From an uncultured Gammaproteobacteria bacterium (GTDB lineage Bacteria; Pseudomonadota; Gammaproteobacteria; Steroidobacterales; Steroidobacteraceae), in contig CAVVPB010000003.1 in assembly GCA_963749775.1 (NCBI GenBank), forward strand, positions 402,004 to 466,003: a stretch of 64,000 nucleotides of DNA. The letters run 5' to 3'. Made by a program: the position numbers and the translations under genes. The notes under the pieces were generated by a model. That model saw only the letters and a list, made by a program, of their open reading frames with translations, was not told where the DNA came from and did not search any database. This document shows positions 7,831 through 17,492 of the stretch, one piece after another. The stretch's first letter is position 1, and every line of letters starts with the position of its first letter.

Positions 7831-10505
7831 ATGAGTGACGAACGAGCGCGTTTGGGCGAGGCGCGGGACAAGGGCGTCCCGTGGAAAAAATGGGGTCCCT
7901 ACCTCAGCGAGCGGCAGTGGGGGACGGTACGAGAAGATTACAGTTCTTCAGGTGACGCCTGGAACTATTTCACCCATGACCACGCGCGCTCGCGAGCCTA
8001 CCGGTGGGGCGAGGACGGACTGGCAGGTATCTCCGACGATCAGCAGCAGCTCTGCATTTCCCTCGCGCTTTGGAACGGAAAAGATCCGATCATCAAGGAG
8101 CGCTTATTCGGACTGACGAACAACGAAGGCAATCACGGCGAGGACGTGAAGGAGTACTACTTCTATCTCGACAGTACGCCCACTCACTCCTACATGAAAT
8201 ACCTGTACAAGTACCCGCAGCGCGCCTATCCCTACGAAAATCTTATCGCGACCAACAAGCAGCGCTCTCGTTTGGATCTGGAATACGAACTGCTCGACAC
8301 GGGTGCATTTGACGAAAATCGGTATTTTGACGTTTTTGTCGAGTATGCCAAGGCGTCGCCGGAAGACATTCTTATTCAGATCACCGTCCACAATCGAGGT
8401 CCCGGAGGCTGCCACGCTGCACGTGCTTCCGACACTCTTGTTTCGCAACACATGGGCGTGGACTGCGGGGGCGACCAAGCCGATGCTGCGCGAGAACAAG
8501 CGCGGCGTGATCTCGATATCGCATCGTGATCTTGGCGAGCGCGTGTTGGAATGCGAAGGCGCCGGTGAGATCCTCTTTACCGAGAACGACACCAACTCGC
8601 AGCGTCTTTTCGGCACTCCGAATGCGACGCCGTACGTCAAGGACGGCATCGACGAGTTTCTCGTGCACGGTCACCACGACGCGGTGAACCCAGAACACGT
8701 CGGTACGAAGGCGTGCGCTGATTACATTCTCAATGTGGACGCGCAAGCATCAAAAACGATTCGCCTCAGATTTCGCGAGCCAGCGGCCAACGGCGCATTC
8801 GGCAGTGATTTCGATGCGATCATGCAGAGTCGGCGGCAGGAGGCAGACGCGTTTTACTCTACGGTAATCCCGACCTCGCTCGATCGCGACGCCGCGCTGG
8901 TGATGCGTCAAGCGCTGGCGGGGATGCTTTGGTCAAAACAGTTTTACAATTACGATGTCGAACGGTGGCTGAAACGGGACGCCACCGGTTCAGGCAATGG
9001 CAACGGCCAGGTGGCACTGCGCAACGAGCATTGGCGTCATCTGGATAACGCCGACATCGTGTCGATGCCGGATAAATGGGAGTACCCCTGGTACGCCGCC
9101 TGGGATCTTGCCTTTCACGTGATCGCGCTGACGCTGGTGGACGAGGACTTCGGCAAACAGCAGCTGGACTTGCTTCTCCGGGATGCCTACTTGCATCCGA
9201 GCGGGCAGCTCCCCGCTTATGAATGGAATTTTGGCGACGTCAACCCGCCGGTGCACGCTTGGTCCACCATTTTTACCTATCGTCTCGAGCAGGCGCAGGG
9301 CAAAAAAGGAGACGTCGAGTGGCTTCAGCGCTGCTTCCACAAACTGATGCTCAATTTCACCTGGTGGGTCAACCGCAAAGACGTTGCGGGCAAAAACGCA
9401 TTCGAAGGCGGCTTCCTCGGCCTCGATAATATCGGGGTGTTCGACCGCAGTGCGCCTTTGCCGACGGGGGGCTATTTGGAGCAGGCCGATGGCACCGCGT
9501 GGATGGCGCTTTTTTGCCAGAACATGATGGAAATCGCCGCGGAATTGTCGATGACCATGCCGGCTTACATCGATATGTTGCTCAAATTTGTTGAGCATTT
9601 TCTGCTGATCGCCTCAGCCCTGATGCATACGGGCGACGACACGGGAATGTGGGACGAGCAGGACGGCTTTTTCTATGATGTGCTGAGATTGCCGGATGGG
9701 CGGTCAGAACGGCTGAAGGTGCGGTCCATGGTGGGACTGCTGCCAATGTGTGCGGCAACGACGTTCGACGGGAAGGTCCTGTGCGAAGCATCCGGAAGTC
9801 GCCCAACGCGCGATGAGGATCATTGACGCGCGCCCGGAGCTGCGCACCTTCATCCACGATCCGGTTGCGATCGGCCCGACCGGCCGCCGTCTAGCCTCCG
9901 TTCTGGACGAGACGAAGCTGCGCCGCGTGCTCGCGATCATGCTCGATGAGAAAGAATTCTTAAGTCTCCACGGTATTCGCGCGCTGTCCCTGGTCCATGC
10001 CGAGCGGCCTTATGTGTTTCGTACCGGCGATCAAGAGCATCGCGTTTCGTTTCTCCCGGGCGAGTCCGATAGCGGCATGTTCGGCGGCAACTCAAACTGG
10101 CGTGGTCCGGTGTGGATGCCGGTGAACGCCCTGATTATTCGCGCACTGCTGCAGTACTACCTCTACTACGGCGACACCTTCATGATCGAATGCCCCACCG
10201 GATCCGGCCGGCAGATGAACTTGTACCAGGTGGCCGAGGAAATTGAGCGCCGGCTGGCGGGCATTTTTCTGCGGGACGCGGAGGGTCACCGTCCCGTGTA
10301 TGGCGGAACGCAGAAGTTTCAGGAAGATCCCTACTGGCGCGATCTCATCTTGTTCTACGAGTACTTTCACGGCGAAAACGGCGCAGGGATTGGCGCCAGC
10401 CATCAAACCGGATGGACCGGAATTGTCGCCAGGATGATGCATATGTTTGCAACCGTGCCTGCGGATCGGCTGCTCAGCAGCCGCGGCCTGCTACCTGCGA
10501 ATTGA
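7831..10505 (+). pseudogene. GH63-clan (MGH1-like) glycoside hydrolase of about 890 aa, interrupted by two frameshifts
   Basis: ORFs 7831-8529 (frame 1), 8303-9826 (frame 2) and 9750-10505 (frame 3) join at about 8400 (..[19 protein letters not shown].., extra base in ggtcccgga) and about 9775 (..TTFDGKVL|AKHPEVAQRAM..). Family recalled from [39 protein letters not shown] and GFLGLDNIGVFDR. Confidence 0.75.
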
Positions 10506-10530
10506 GAGCGCTAGAACAAGTCCGTACGAT

Positions 10531-11241
10531 TTAGATCGGAAATCCCTGCAGCATCGGCAGGGAAACCGGTTGCCACCGGCGGCGGGCAAGAAGCGCGGTG
10601 CGCCAAGTCCGGCACCCGTGCCGATGCTCAATGGCGCGTGAGCCTCGCCGGACGGGGTTTCCATCCGGCGAGTCTGGCTCAGTCCCGCACGAAATCAGTG
10701 AATGAGCGGCACTCTCGATCGCTATGACCAAGTCGACAGCGGCATCGAGCTTCTGATCGATTTGAAAGAATCGCGACGTGGTCCGCGCGGACAGCACCTT
10801 GTTCATCCGGCTCCAGTACTTTTCCTTGAGCGACACCGTGTCTTTCTGCTGCTCAAAGAATTGTTTGGTGAGCTTTTCCGCATCGTCCTGGCTCATGGTA
10901 TCGCGTTTGCTAAGAAAGTCCTTAATCAGAGCCACCTTCTTGTCATTCAAGGCGTTGCGCTCGTTACGATACTCATCGTAGAGCGGCCAGAAGGTATTGC
11001 CCTCGGAGGCGGTCAGCAGCATGTTCGCCTTGACGATATCGCGCCGGTCTTGACCTGCTTCCTGCCGCAGGTCCGCGATTGCCTGGTCGAAGTTACCCAA
11101 CTTGTCGCTGGCCTCGGGAGCATCGGCGCCCGAGGCAAGGCCGGGTCCGAAGACCACGGCGGCACTCGCCATGCTGAGAACGACGGCGGAAAGATAGCGT
11201 GCCTGCCACGCGGCCAGGCCACCCTTTTTTTGGATACGCAT
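10531..11241 (-). CDS. Secreted helical protein of unknown function. The probable native stop is at 10695 after a 1-nt frame disruption.
   Basis: ATG 11241. Signal peptide ..VVLSMASAAVVFGPGLASGA. Conserved-looking core FWPLYDEYRNERNALNDKKVALIKDF..RFFQIDQKLDAAVDLVIAIE. Dropping base 10713 gives the tail VPLIH* (TGA 10695-10697) instead of a 55-aa Arg/Pro-rich extension. Confidence 0.5.
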   Translation of the reverse strand: MRIQKKGGLAAWQARYLSAVVLSMASAAVVFGPGLASGADAPEASDKLGNFDQAIADLRQEAGQDRRDIVKANMLLTASEGNTFWPLYDEYRNERNALNDKKVALIKDFLSKRDTMSQDDAEKLTKQFFEQQKDTVSLKEKYWSRMNKVLSARTTSRFFQIDQKLDAAVDLVIAIESAAHSLISCGTEPDSPDGNPVRRGSRAIEHRHGCRTWRTALLARRRWQPVSLPMLQGFPI

Positions 11242-11374
11242 ACTTGCTCCTTGTGATCAAAAAATCGGCCGCCGCGCGCGGTTCAGCCTCGGTATCGGTT
11301 CTGCTCTCTCACAGTCTCGCGACTGCGCGCCAGCTCTCGCAATTTTTTACTACACCAAAGCAGCCGATGACATC

Positions 11375-11386
11375 GGACCTAGGTCC
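11375..11386. promoter_or_regulatory. Perfect 12-bp palindrome GGACCTAGGTCC
   Basis: 134 nt upstream of ATG 11241 (minus-strand gene). Its flanks are shared with the 7664 copy. Confidence 0.5.
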
Positions 11387-11681
11387 CATCGTTCACGCGC
11401 CAGTGTGCCGGCGTGGGCGAGAGGGGCGTAACAAACACCGTGATGATTGTGATCGGCCATGATGAAGCCGAGATGCGCGGGAGTCGTGCGGGTACAACCC
11501 GCCATGTTGCGGCGCGATTGCGCGGCCTGCCATGGTTCGAGCCAGCGGGTGGCACTTATCATGGTCGGGAAGCCGGGCATTCTTAGCCATCCAGCGAGGA
11601 GCCCGGCCGGGCTGATTGCACGAATTGGCGATGCGCGTTGTTCGCGATTAGCGGGCGCGAACCACTGCGGAGTGCGACCCT

Positions 11682-12644
11682 TTATGGAAGCGCGCTAACG
11701 CTTGAGGCGCCTTGATTGGCGGCGGAAGTGGCAAATTTCGATTTCATTGCCCCGTCGGCTACGAGCGCATCGACTACGGCTCCGTCGTGGCCGGGAACGA
11801 TGTGAATCTTTGGTTCCGCTGCGTGTAATTGGCCTAGAGCCGCCAACTCACCAAATACCGCGGTACGATCTTCATTTAGGAGTAGCCATGTCACGAGCCG
11901 AGCGCGCTCGCGCTGCGTGGTGATATTGCGAAACTGCCAGGCGACATCGCCGATGAGAAGAAATTCTTTGCCATCGGCGGTTTCGACATAGACCATCTGA
12001 CTTCCCGGGGTATGACCCGGTGCCTTGATCAGCACGACTCCAGGCGCGATTGCCAAATACTTCTGGTAGTCGAGCGTCGAGAGACCATCAAGGGCATGAT
12101 CTGCAAACTTCGCGGGCACCATCAACTCGGGGTGCGACATCTGGTCGCGATTCAGTCGAACCGCATGCGAGATGGCGGGAAAATCGGGAAAAGCGGTCAG
12201 TCCGCCGATATGGTCCATGTGCTCATGCGTGATCACGATAAGGGATGCCTGCGTCATGGCCGCCTGCATTCGCGAATACGCATCGGCGTCAAACGAGACG
12301 AGGCTGCTTCCGCCGGTTTCCTTGTTGAGCGCGGTATCGACGATGATCGAGGTCTGTGGATAGGCGATTCGGTATGAATACACCGGCAAGTCGCGAATCT
12401 GCCAACCATCACCGGCAACGACGGCGGTTGCGGGGAATCGAAATAGTGCCACTCGCTCGACTTCCAGCGAGGTCGGTTTGTCTCCCGGCATGCTGGTGGC
12501 AAGTCGGCGCACCTGGGAGATATCGATGGCATACTGCGATTGCGAGGGCCTATGGCTTTCAACGATGAGCCAATAGTAGGCAGCCGCCAGGGCAACCAGC
12601 ATGCCGCTTGCGATGATGAGAGAATTGCGGATCCAGGGTTTCAT
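11682..12644 (-). CDS. MBL-fold metallo-hydrolase with N-terminal membrane anchor
   Basis: HxHxDH motif in VITHEHMDHIGG. Later GHTPGS and ..HIVPGHD. N-terminal TM LIIASGMLVALAAAYYWLIV. Confidence 0.8.
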   Translation of the reverse strand: MKPWIRNSLIIASGMLVALAAAYYWLIVESHRPSQSQYAIDISQVRRLATSMPGDKPTSLEVERVALFRFPATAVVAGDGWQIRDLPVYSYRIAYPQTSIIVDTALNKETGGSSLVSFDADAYSRMQAAMTQASLIVITHEHMDHIGGLTAFPDFPAISHAVRLNRDQMSHPELMVPAKFADHALDGLSTLDYQKYLAIAPGVVLIKAPGHTPGSQMVYVETADGKEFLLIGDVAWQFRNITTQRERARLVTWLLLNEDRTAVFGELAALGQLHAAEPKIHIVPGHDGAVVDALVADGAMKSKFATSAANQGASSVSALP

Positions 12645-12683
12645 GCTTGCCTCACGTTCGATCCGTTGATCGGGGCTCGACGT

Positions 12684-13301
12684 TTACTCTTTCGACTGTC
12701 TCGGCGGGTCCGATTGGGCTTCCCGGCTCCAATCCACCGGTCCCCGTTCAGCAGCGCTTTTCAGATGCTCCAGCGTCCAAGAATCTCCGAAGCGGAATTT
12801 TGTCAGCAGTGCGTCAAAGGATGGAGTTGGCAGAAAGCCAACGCCATCGAGCTCGACCCGCGCACGGTGCGCCGAGATGGATCGCAGATTGATTACAGTC
12901 ACGGTTTTGCCGAAGTCCTCGGCATGCTCAAACCCCACCGGCGCCTGTACATTGCGTAGTACCAATAGCTGCTCTGGCACGTATGCCACTATCGCATTCT
13001 TGATATTGCCTGCCTGACCGCGAACCGCCGTTGCGGTGTAACTGGTCTCGATCATTCCACCCACGCCGAAGTCCACCCACGCGACCGGTACCGCCCAACT
13101 TTGCCAGCCTTCGGCGCTGATGAGAAGCTTCCAAATTCTGCTAACCGGGGCATCTACGAGAATGCTGAGTTTAAGTACGCGGCTCCCGTTCGGCTCCGGA
13201 TATGAATCATCACGCACGTTGGGAAAGTCCGCGGCAACGGCGCCGGGCGGGCAGCCGTTAGCGAGGACCGCAAAAGCGGCAAATTTAAGGAACATGTTCA
13301 T
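12684..13301 (-). CDS. Secreted SRPBCC (AHSA1/START-like) family protein
   Basis: Preferred start is ATG 13301 (GAGGGA upstream), giving signal peptide MNMFLKFAAFAVLANG. Core ..VDAPVSRIWKLLISAEGWQSWAVPVAWVDFGVGGMIETSY.. The ORF track extends to 13328. Confidence 0.65.
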   Translation of the reverse strand: MNMFLKFAAFAVLANGCPPGAVAADFPNVRDDSYPEPNGSRVLKLSILVDAPVSRIWKLLISAEGWQSWAVPVAWVDFGVGGMIETSYTATAVRGQAGNIKNAIVAYVPEQLLVLRNVQAPVGFEHAEDFGKTVTVINLRSISAHRARVELDGVGFLPTPSFDALLTKFRFGDSWTLEHLKSAAERGPVDWSREAQSDPPRQSKE

Positions 13302-13334
13302 GCGGGATCCCTCGTGCGCAGTGACCACTTGTTA

Positions 13335-13375
13335 CTTGAGTGTTCAATCAAACCATGTCTTGAGTGATCAATCAA
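13335..13375. promoter_or_regulatory. Direct repeat CTTGAGTG(T/A)TCAATCAA x2, 24-bp period, upstream of the SRPBCC gene
   Basis: 13335-13351 and 13359-13375 differ at one position. The second copy contains the TGATCA palindrome. Confidence 0.4.
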
Positions 13376-13444
13376 GTGCGCGCGATGAAACGAATCAGGG
13401 CCCGCAGAAGCAAGGTTTGCAACGTCGTGCAGGCGGCACGATCC

Positions 13445-14600
13445 TCAGGTGCGCTCAAAGCGAGCCACGGTCTCGACATGTTCGGTGAACGGCAAGAAAT
13501 CAAATGCGGCGAGCGCGGCGAGACGCAGCTTGCCCTGTGATATCAACTGCGCGGCGTCGCTGAGGAATGATTCGAGTCCACAGCTCACGTAGACGAAACG
13601 CTCGGGCGGCTGCTCGCATAAATACTGGGTCAGCGCGGGATCTAAACCCTTGCGCGGCGGGTCGGCGATGACCACCTGCGCGCCGGCCGCGGCACCGACG
13701 CGCCGCACCTGCGCAGCCCGGGACGACGGAAACCTTGGCTCGATTCGCCGGGTCGAGCTGCGCGAGTCCGAGTTCCAGCCCTTGTAGAGAGTGCGGGCTG
13801 ACTTCGTTCAATTGGAGATAGCCCGCGCGCCCCAGCACGGACAAGCCGATCGCGCCGACGCCCGCATAGAACTCGGTGACCCGCGCACCCTGCGGAATTT
13901 GCTGCCGCACGTGATCGATGATGGCTTGCGCGATCTCGAGATTGTTTTGCCCGAAGGCACCCGGCGGGTAATGTACCGCCGCTTCGCCGAAGTGCTCGAT
14001 CACGCTGGGCGCTCCGCACCAGTTTTGAAACTCAGGGCCGAGGATGGTGTTGGAGCGCCCGAGATTGGCGTTGAACCACAGGCTATGCAGCTGGCCGCCG
14101 AGGCGTTCGCGGATCAACTCCAGGCACTCGGCCAGCGGCTCAACGGTCTCGCAGTTGGCAACGAGCACCACCTGTGCCGTTTGCGAGCTGCGTTCCACGA
14201 CCACCTGCAGGTATCGGGCGAGTCCCAGGTGGGCGCTGTCCGAGTAGCTGGTCACTCGGGCATCAACCAGGGCGCGCCGAATCACATCAGCGACACGATT
14301 GATGAGGGGGTGTTGAACGCTGCAGTTCGGGATGTGAACCACCCGATGGGTACCCAACTCAAACAGGCCCACCTTCGGCGAGCCGAGCCTGCCACGGATG
14401 GCAAGCCGCGCGCGATGTCGAAATCCGGCGGTCTGCCCGGCAACTACCGACACCTCGGGCAAGCCGTGGACCCGCGCGAGCTCATCGAGCGCGCGGCGCG
14501 CGCTTAACGCAATGCCGCGCTCACCGAAGCGCGGGCATCCTGGGCAGGGCGGGCGATGCGGGCACGACAGCAAAGCTTCCTGGCGCGTGCCCGTGTTCAT
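13445..14600 (-). pseudogene. RumA/TrmA-type SAM-dependent RNA (uracil-5) methyltransferase with one frameshift
   Basis: N-terminal Cys cluster CPHRPPCPGCPRF. SAM motif EFYAGVGAIGL. The conserved C-terminus ..AQVVIADPPRKGLD..FVYVSCG.. is in another frame (ORF 13445-13708). Junction near 13715. Confidence 0.7.
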
Positions 14601-14602
14601 CG

Positions 14603-16220
14603 TCAGCGCAGATCTTCTAGAATCATTTGTGCACCTTTCTCGGCGATCATCGCCGTTGGCGTATTGGTATTGCCGGAGGGAATCGTCGGCATGACGGAGG
14701 CATCGACAATTCGAAGCGTGCCGACGCCATGAACCCGAAGGCGCGCATCAACGACCGAGTCGGCGTCGGCCGCGACCCCCATCTTGGCGGTCCCCACGGG
14801 GTGAAAGATGGTCGTCCCAATATCTCCCGCCGCTGCCGCGAGCGAATCGGTATCGTCGCCGACGTCGGGACCGGGCAAGTATTCCGATGGAGCGAATTTT
14901 CGCACCGCAGACTGAAGCCATGAGGCGCCGCGTCGCGCGGATTGCATCCGCCGCCACGGCGCGGTCCTCGTCGGTTGATAGATAGTTCGGAGCGATCAAC
15001 GGGGCCGCGGTCGGATCGGCAGACTTCGGGCGCACCGTGCCACGCGATGAAGGGTGTAGATTGCAGGCGCTTACGGTAATCGCCGGAAACGTGTGAAGCG
15101 GGTCGCCGAACTTGTCGAGAGACAAAGGCTGCACGTGGAACTCGATATTCGCTCTGGGCTGGGCCGGGTTCGAGCGCATGAAGATTCCGAGCTGCGAAGG
15201 CGCCATGGTTAAGGGCCCGCGCCGGCGCAGCGCATAGTCGAGACCCATCCAGGCACGGCCCAGCACCGAATGATAACTCTCGTTCAGCGTCTTGACATGA
15301 CTGACCTTGTAAATCGCGCGCTGCTGCAAGTGATCTTGCAGGTTCGAGCCTACGCCGGGCCGATTCATCAGGGTGCTTATGCCGAGCGGCGCGAGCCAAT
15401 CGTGCCTGCCGATTCCGGACAGGTTGAGGATGTGGGGCGAACCGATTGCCCCGGCACAAAGGATGACCTCGCCGTTGGTGCGAGCCTCGAATACTTCGCC
15501 GCCGCGCCGGAACAGTACGCCGCAGGCGCGGCCGTTCTCGATGATCAAACGCTCGACGAGCACATGCATCTCAAGCCTTAGGTTCCTGCGCCCGAGCACC
15601 GGCTTCAAAAACCCGCGCGCCGCTGACCAACGACGGCCGCGCCTCTGGTTGACGTGGAAGTAGGAGACTCCTTCGTTGTCGCCGCGATTGAAGTCCTCGA
15701 GCGCGGGCAGCCCGAGCTGCACCGCCGCGTCACGCACGGCGTCGAGTACCTGCCACGCTACGCGCGGCGCTTCGACACGAAACTCACCGCCCGATCCGTG
15801 GTGTTCGCTTTCGCCCATAAAATGATCTTCCAGGCGCCTGAAGGCCGGCAGGACGTCGCTCCATCCCCAGCCCTCGAGCCCGAGCGAGTGCCAAGCGTCG
15901 TAGTCCGCCGCCTGACCGCGCATACAGATCATGGCATTGATCGCCGAGGAGCCACCAATGACTTTGCCGCGCGGATAGGCGAGCGAACGCCCGTTGAGGC
16001 CAGCCTCCTTTTCCGTTCGGAACATCCAGTCGGATCGCGGATTGCCGATGGTGAATAGATAGCCGATCGGAATGTGGTACCAGATCCAGTTGTCTTTGCC
16101 GCCCGCTTCGAGGAGCAGGACGCGCCGCTTCGGGTCGGCCGTGAGCCGGTTTGCCACGATGCACCCGGCCGTGCCGGCGCCGACCACGATGCAGTCATAG
16201 TCCCCCGCCAGTCGCTTCAT
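14603..16220 (-). pseudogene. GMC-family FAD oxidoreductase (choline/alcohol dehydrogenase-like) with one frameshift near the 3' end
   Basis: DYDCIVVGAGTAGCIVANRLTAD and LLLEAGG. The conserved C-terminus ..[30 protein letters not shown].. is in ORF 14603-14947. Junction near 14925 (..[19 protein letters not shown]..). ATG 16220 overlaps the upstream stop (ATGA). Confidence 0.75.
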
Positions 16221-17197
16221 GCGGGGCGTCGATCGAGCGCCGCGCGGTCCCACCGCCCGAGATCTGCGGCGGCTGCGTAGGTGGTTTGGAAGAACCGCAA
16301 CAGCGCGTCGTCGGGCGCGGTTGCCGCGCGCAATGCGCCATACGGAAGCAAGAATTCCCGCGCCGTTGAATCGTAGTGCGCCGCGATCGGTTCAACGGGG
16401 TGCGCCGGGTAGCCGGCGGGCTCAGGATATGCATATGCGTAGAATACCGCCGGGTGGGAATCCCCATCGCCTGGCCAGAATCCGCAGCTGCAGCATTCGT
16501 GGGAGTAAGCCTCGACCATGACGCGGTCCGGACAATGCGGCGCCCCGCCCGGATGCTTAGGCGCGCGCCGTCCGGAGAAGCGAGTCGAGGCAAGGTCGAA
16601 GCTGCCCCAGAAGAAATGGATGGGGCTCTGTTTTCCGGTAAACGCGCCGCGATACCTCTGCATGACCCGCTGCGTGTTGGCGAGTATCCGCCAACACTGA
16701 TGGGCCGCGTTCGGATCGTAGATAGCATGCTGGTGGTCTTGGGGAAACGGTATCGCGGTTTCGACCTCCACCGGTGACGGGTAGATCTTCGCATCGATTC
16801 CAAGATCGCCAAGCGTGCCCATATATCGTGCAAAAAAATCCGCCACCGACATTGGCGCCAGCGGAAAGGAACGTTCGGAACCGGTGCTTGTCTGAACTCG
16901 TAGCTCGTGTGAAATGAAGTCGAACTCGACAGCCACCGTGCGGTTGCCGCATGGCATGGGTGAGGTGGTCAGTCCCCTTACGCTGAGGTAAAGCGCCACC
17001 TGCCACCAGTGATTTTCCATGGGCGCAAGAGCCAGGCGAGTTTTGCCGACGATTTGGGTCCACATATGCAGCGTCGCATACATGTCGCGCCACTTGGCCG
17101 GCGCTAGATCTGGCCAATCGAAGGACGGGTTGTCGCCCATGAGCGCGTGGGTTGCCTTAATTGGACTGAGGTTAGGTTGCGCGTAATATAGGCGCAC
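16217..17197 (-). CDS. Conserved hypothetical protein (DUF5996-like from memory)
   Basis: 326-aa ORF with ..WRDMYATLHMWTQIVGKTRLALAPMENHWWQVALYLSVRGLTTSPM.. Translationally coupled to the GMC gene. Confidence 0.55.
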   Translation of the reverse strand: MRLYYAQPNLSPIKATHALMGDNPSFDWPDLAPAKWRDMYATLHMWTQIVGKTRLALAPMENHWWQVALYLSVRGLTTSPMPCGNRTVAVEFDFISHELRVQTSTGSERSFPLAPMSVADFFARYMGTLGDLGIDAKIYPSPVEVETAIPFPQDHQHAIYDPNAAHQCWRILANTQRVMQRYRGAFTGKQSPIHFFWGSFDLASTRFSGRRAPKHPGGAPHCPDRVMVEAYSHECCSCGFWPGDGDSHPAVFYAYAYPEPAGYPAHPVEPIAAHYDSTAREFLLPYGALRAATAPDDALLRFFQTTYAAAADLGRWDRAALDRRPA

Positions 17198-17224
17198 GAG
17201 TGCTTCGATACTAGGAGACCTTTT

Positions 17225-17492
17225 ATGGCGAACATACGTTTTCTTGGCGCCATTGTTGCGGGATTCGCTCTGTGCGGCTGCGCGTCCACGGCTGGGAATG
17301 TAAACTCGCAGTCGCTGGCGAAAAGCGATCCTACTTGCCTCGCCGACACCGGAAGTCGAGCGCCAGGCGTGAAAGGCGATTGTCGGGGAACAGGCCGCTC
17401 ATATACACAATTCGATCTTCTAGAGGACGGGCGAAACCGACGTCGGCGATGCGTTGGCTCATCTGGATCCCTCGATCACGGTGCATCATTAG
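17225..17492 (+). pseudogene. Small lipoprotein with one frameshift (about 17425)
   Basis: AGGAGA-N6-ATG. Lipobox in MANIRFLGAIVAGFALCGC. After ..SYTQFDLLE the plausible tail TGETDVGDALAHLDPSITVHH* continues in another frame (TAG 17490-17492). The listed frame runs on into the convergent amidase gene. Confidence 0.45.

Noticed and set aside
11350-11590. Two overlapping minus-strand ORFs (76 and 65 aa) downstream of the MBL gene
   Set aside because: No RBS, and one runs through the palindromic box at 11375. A faint HLGF..D motif is not enough to call a VOC-family remnant.
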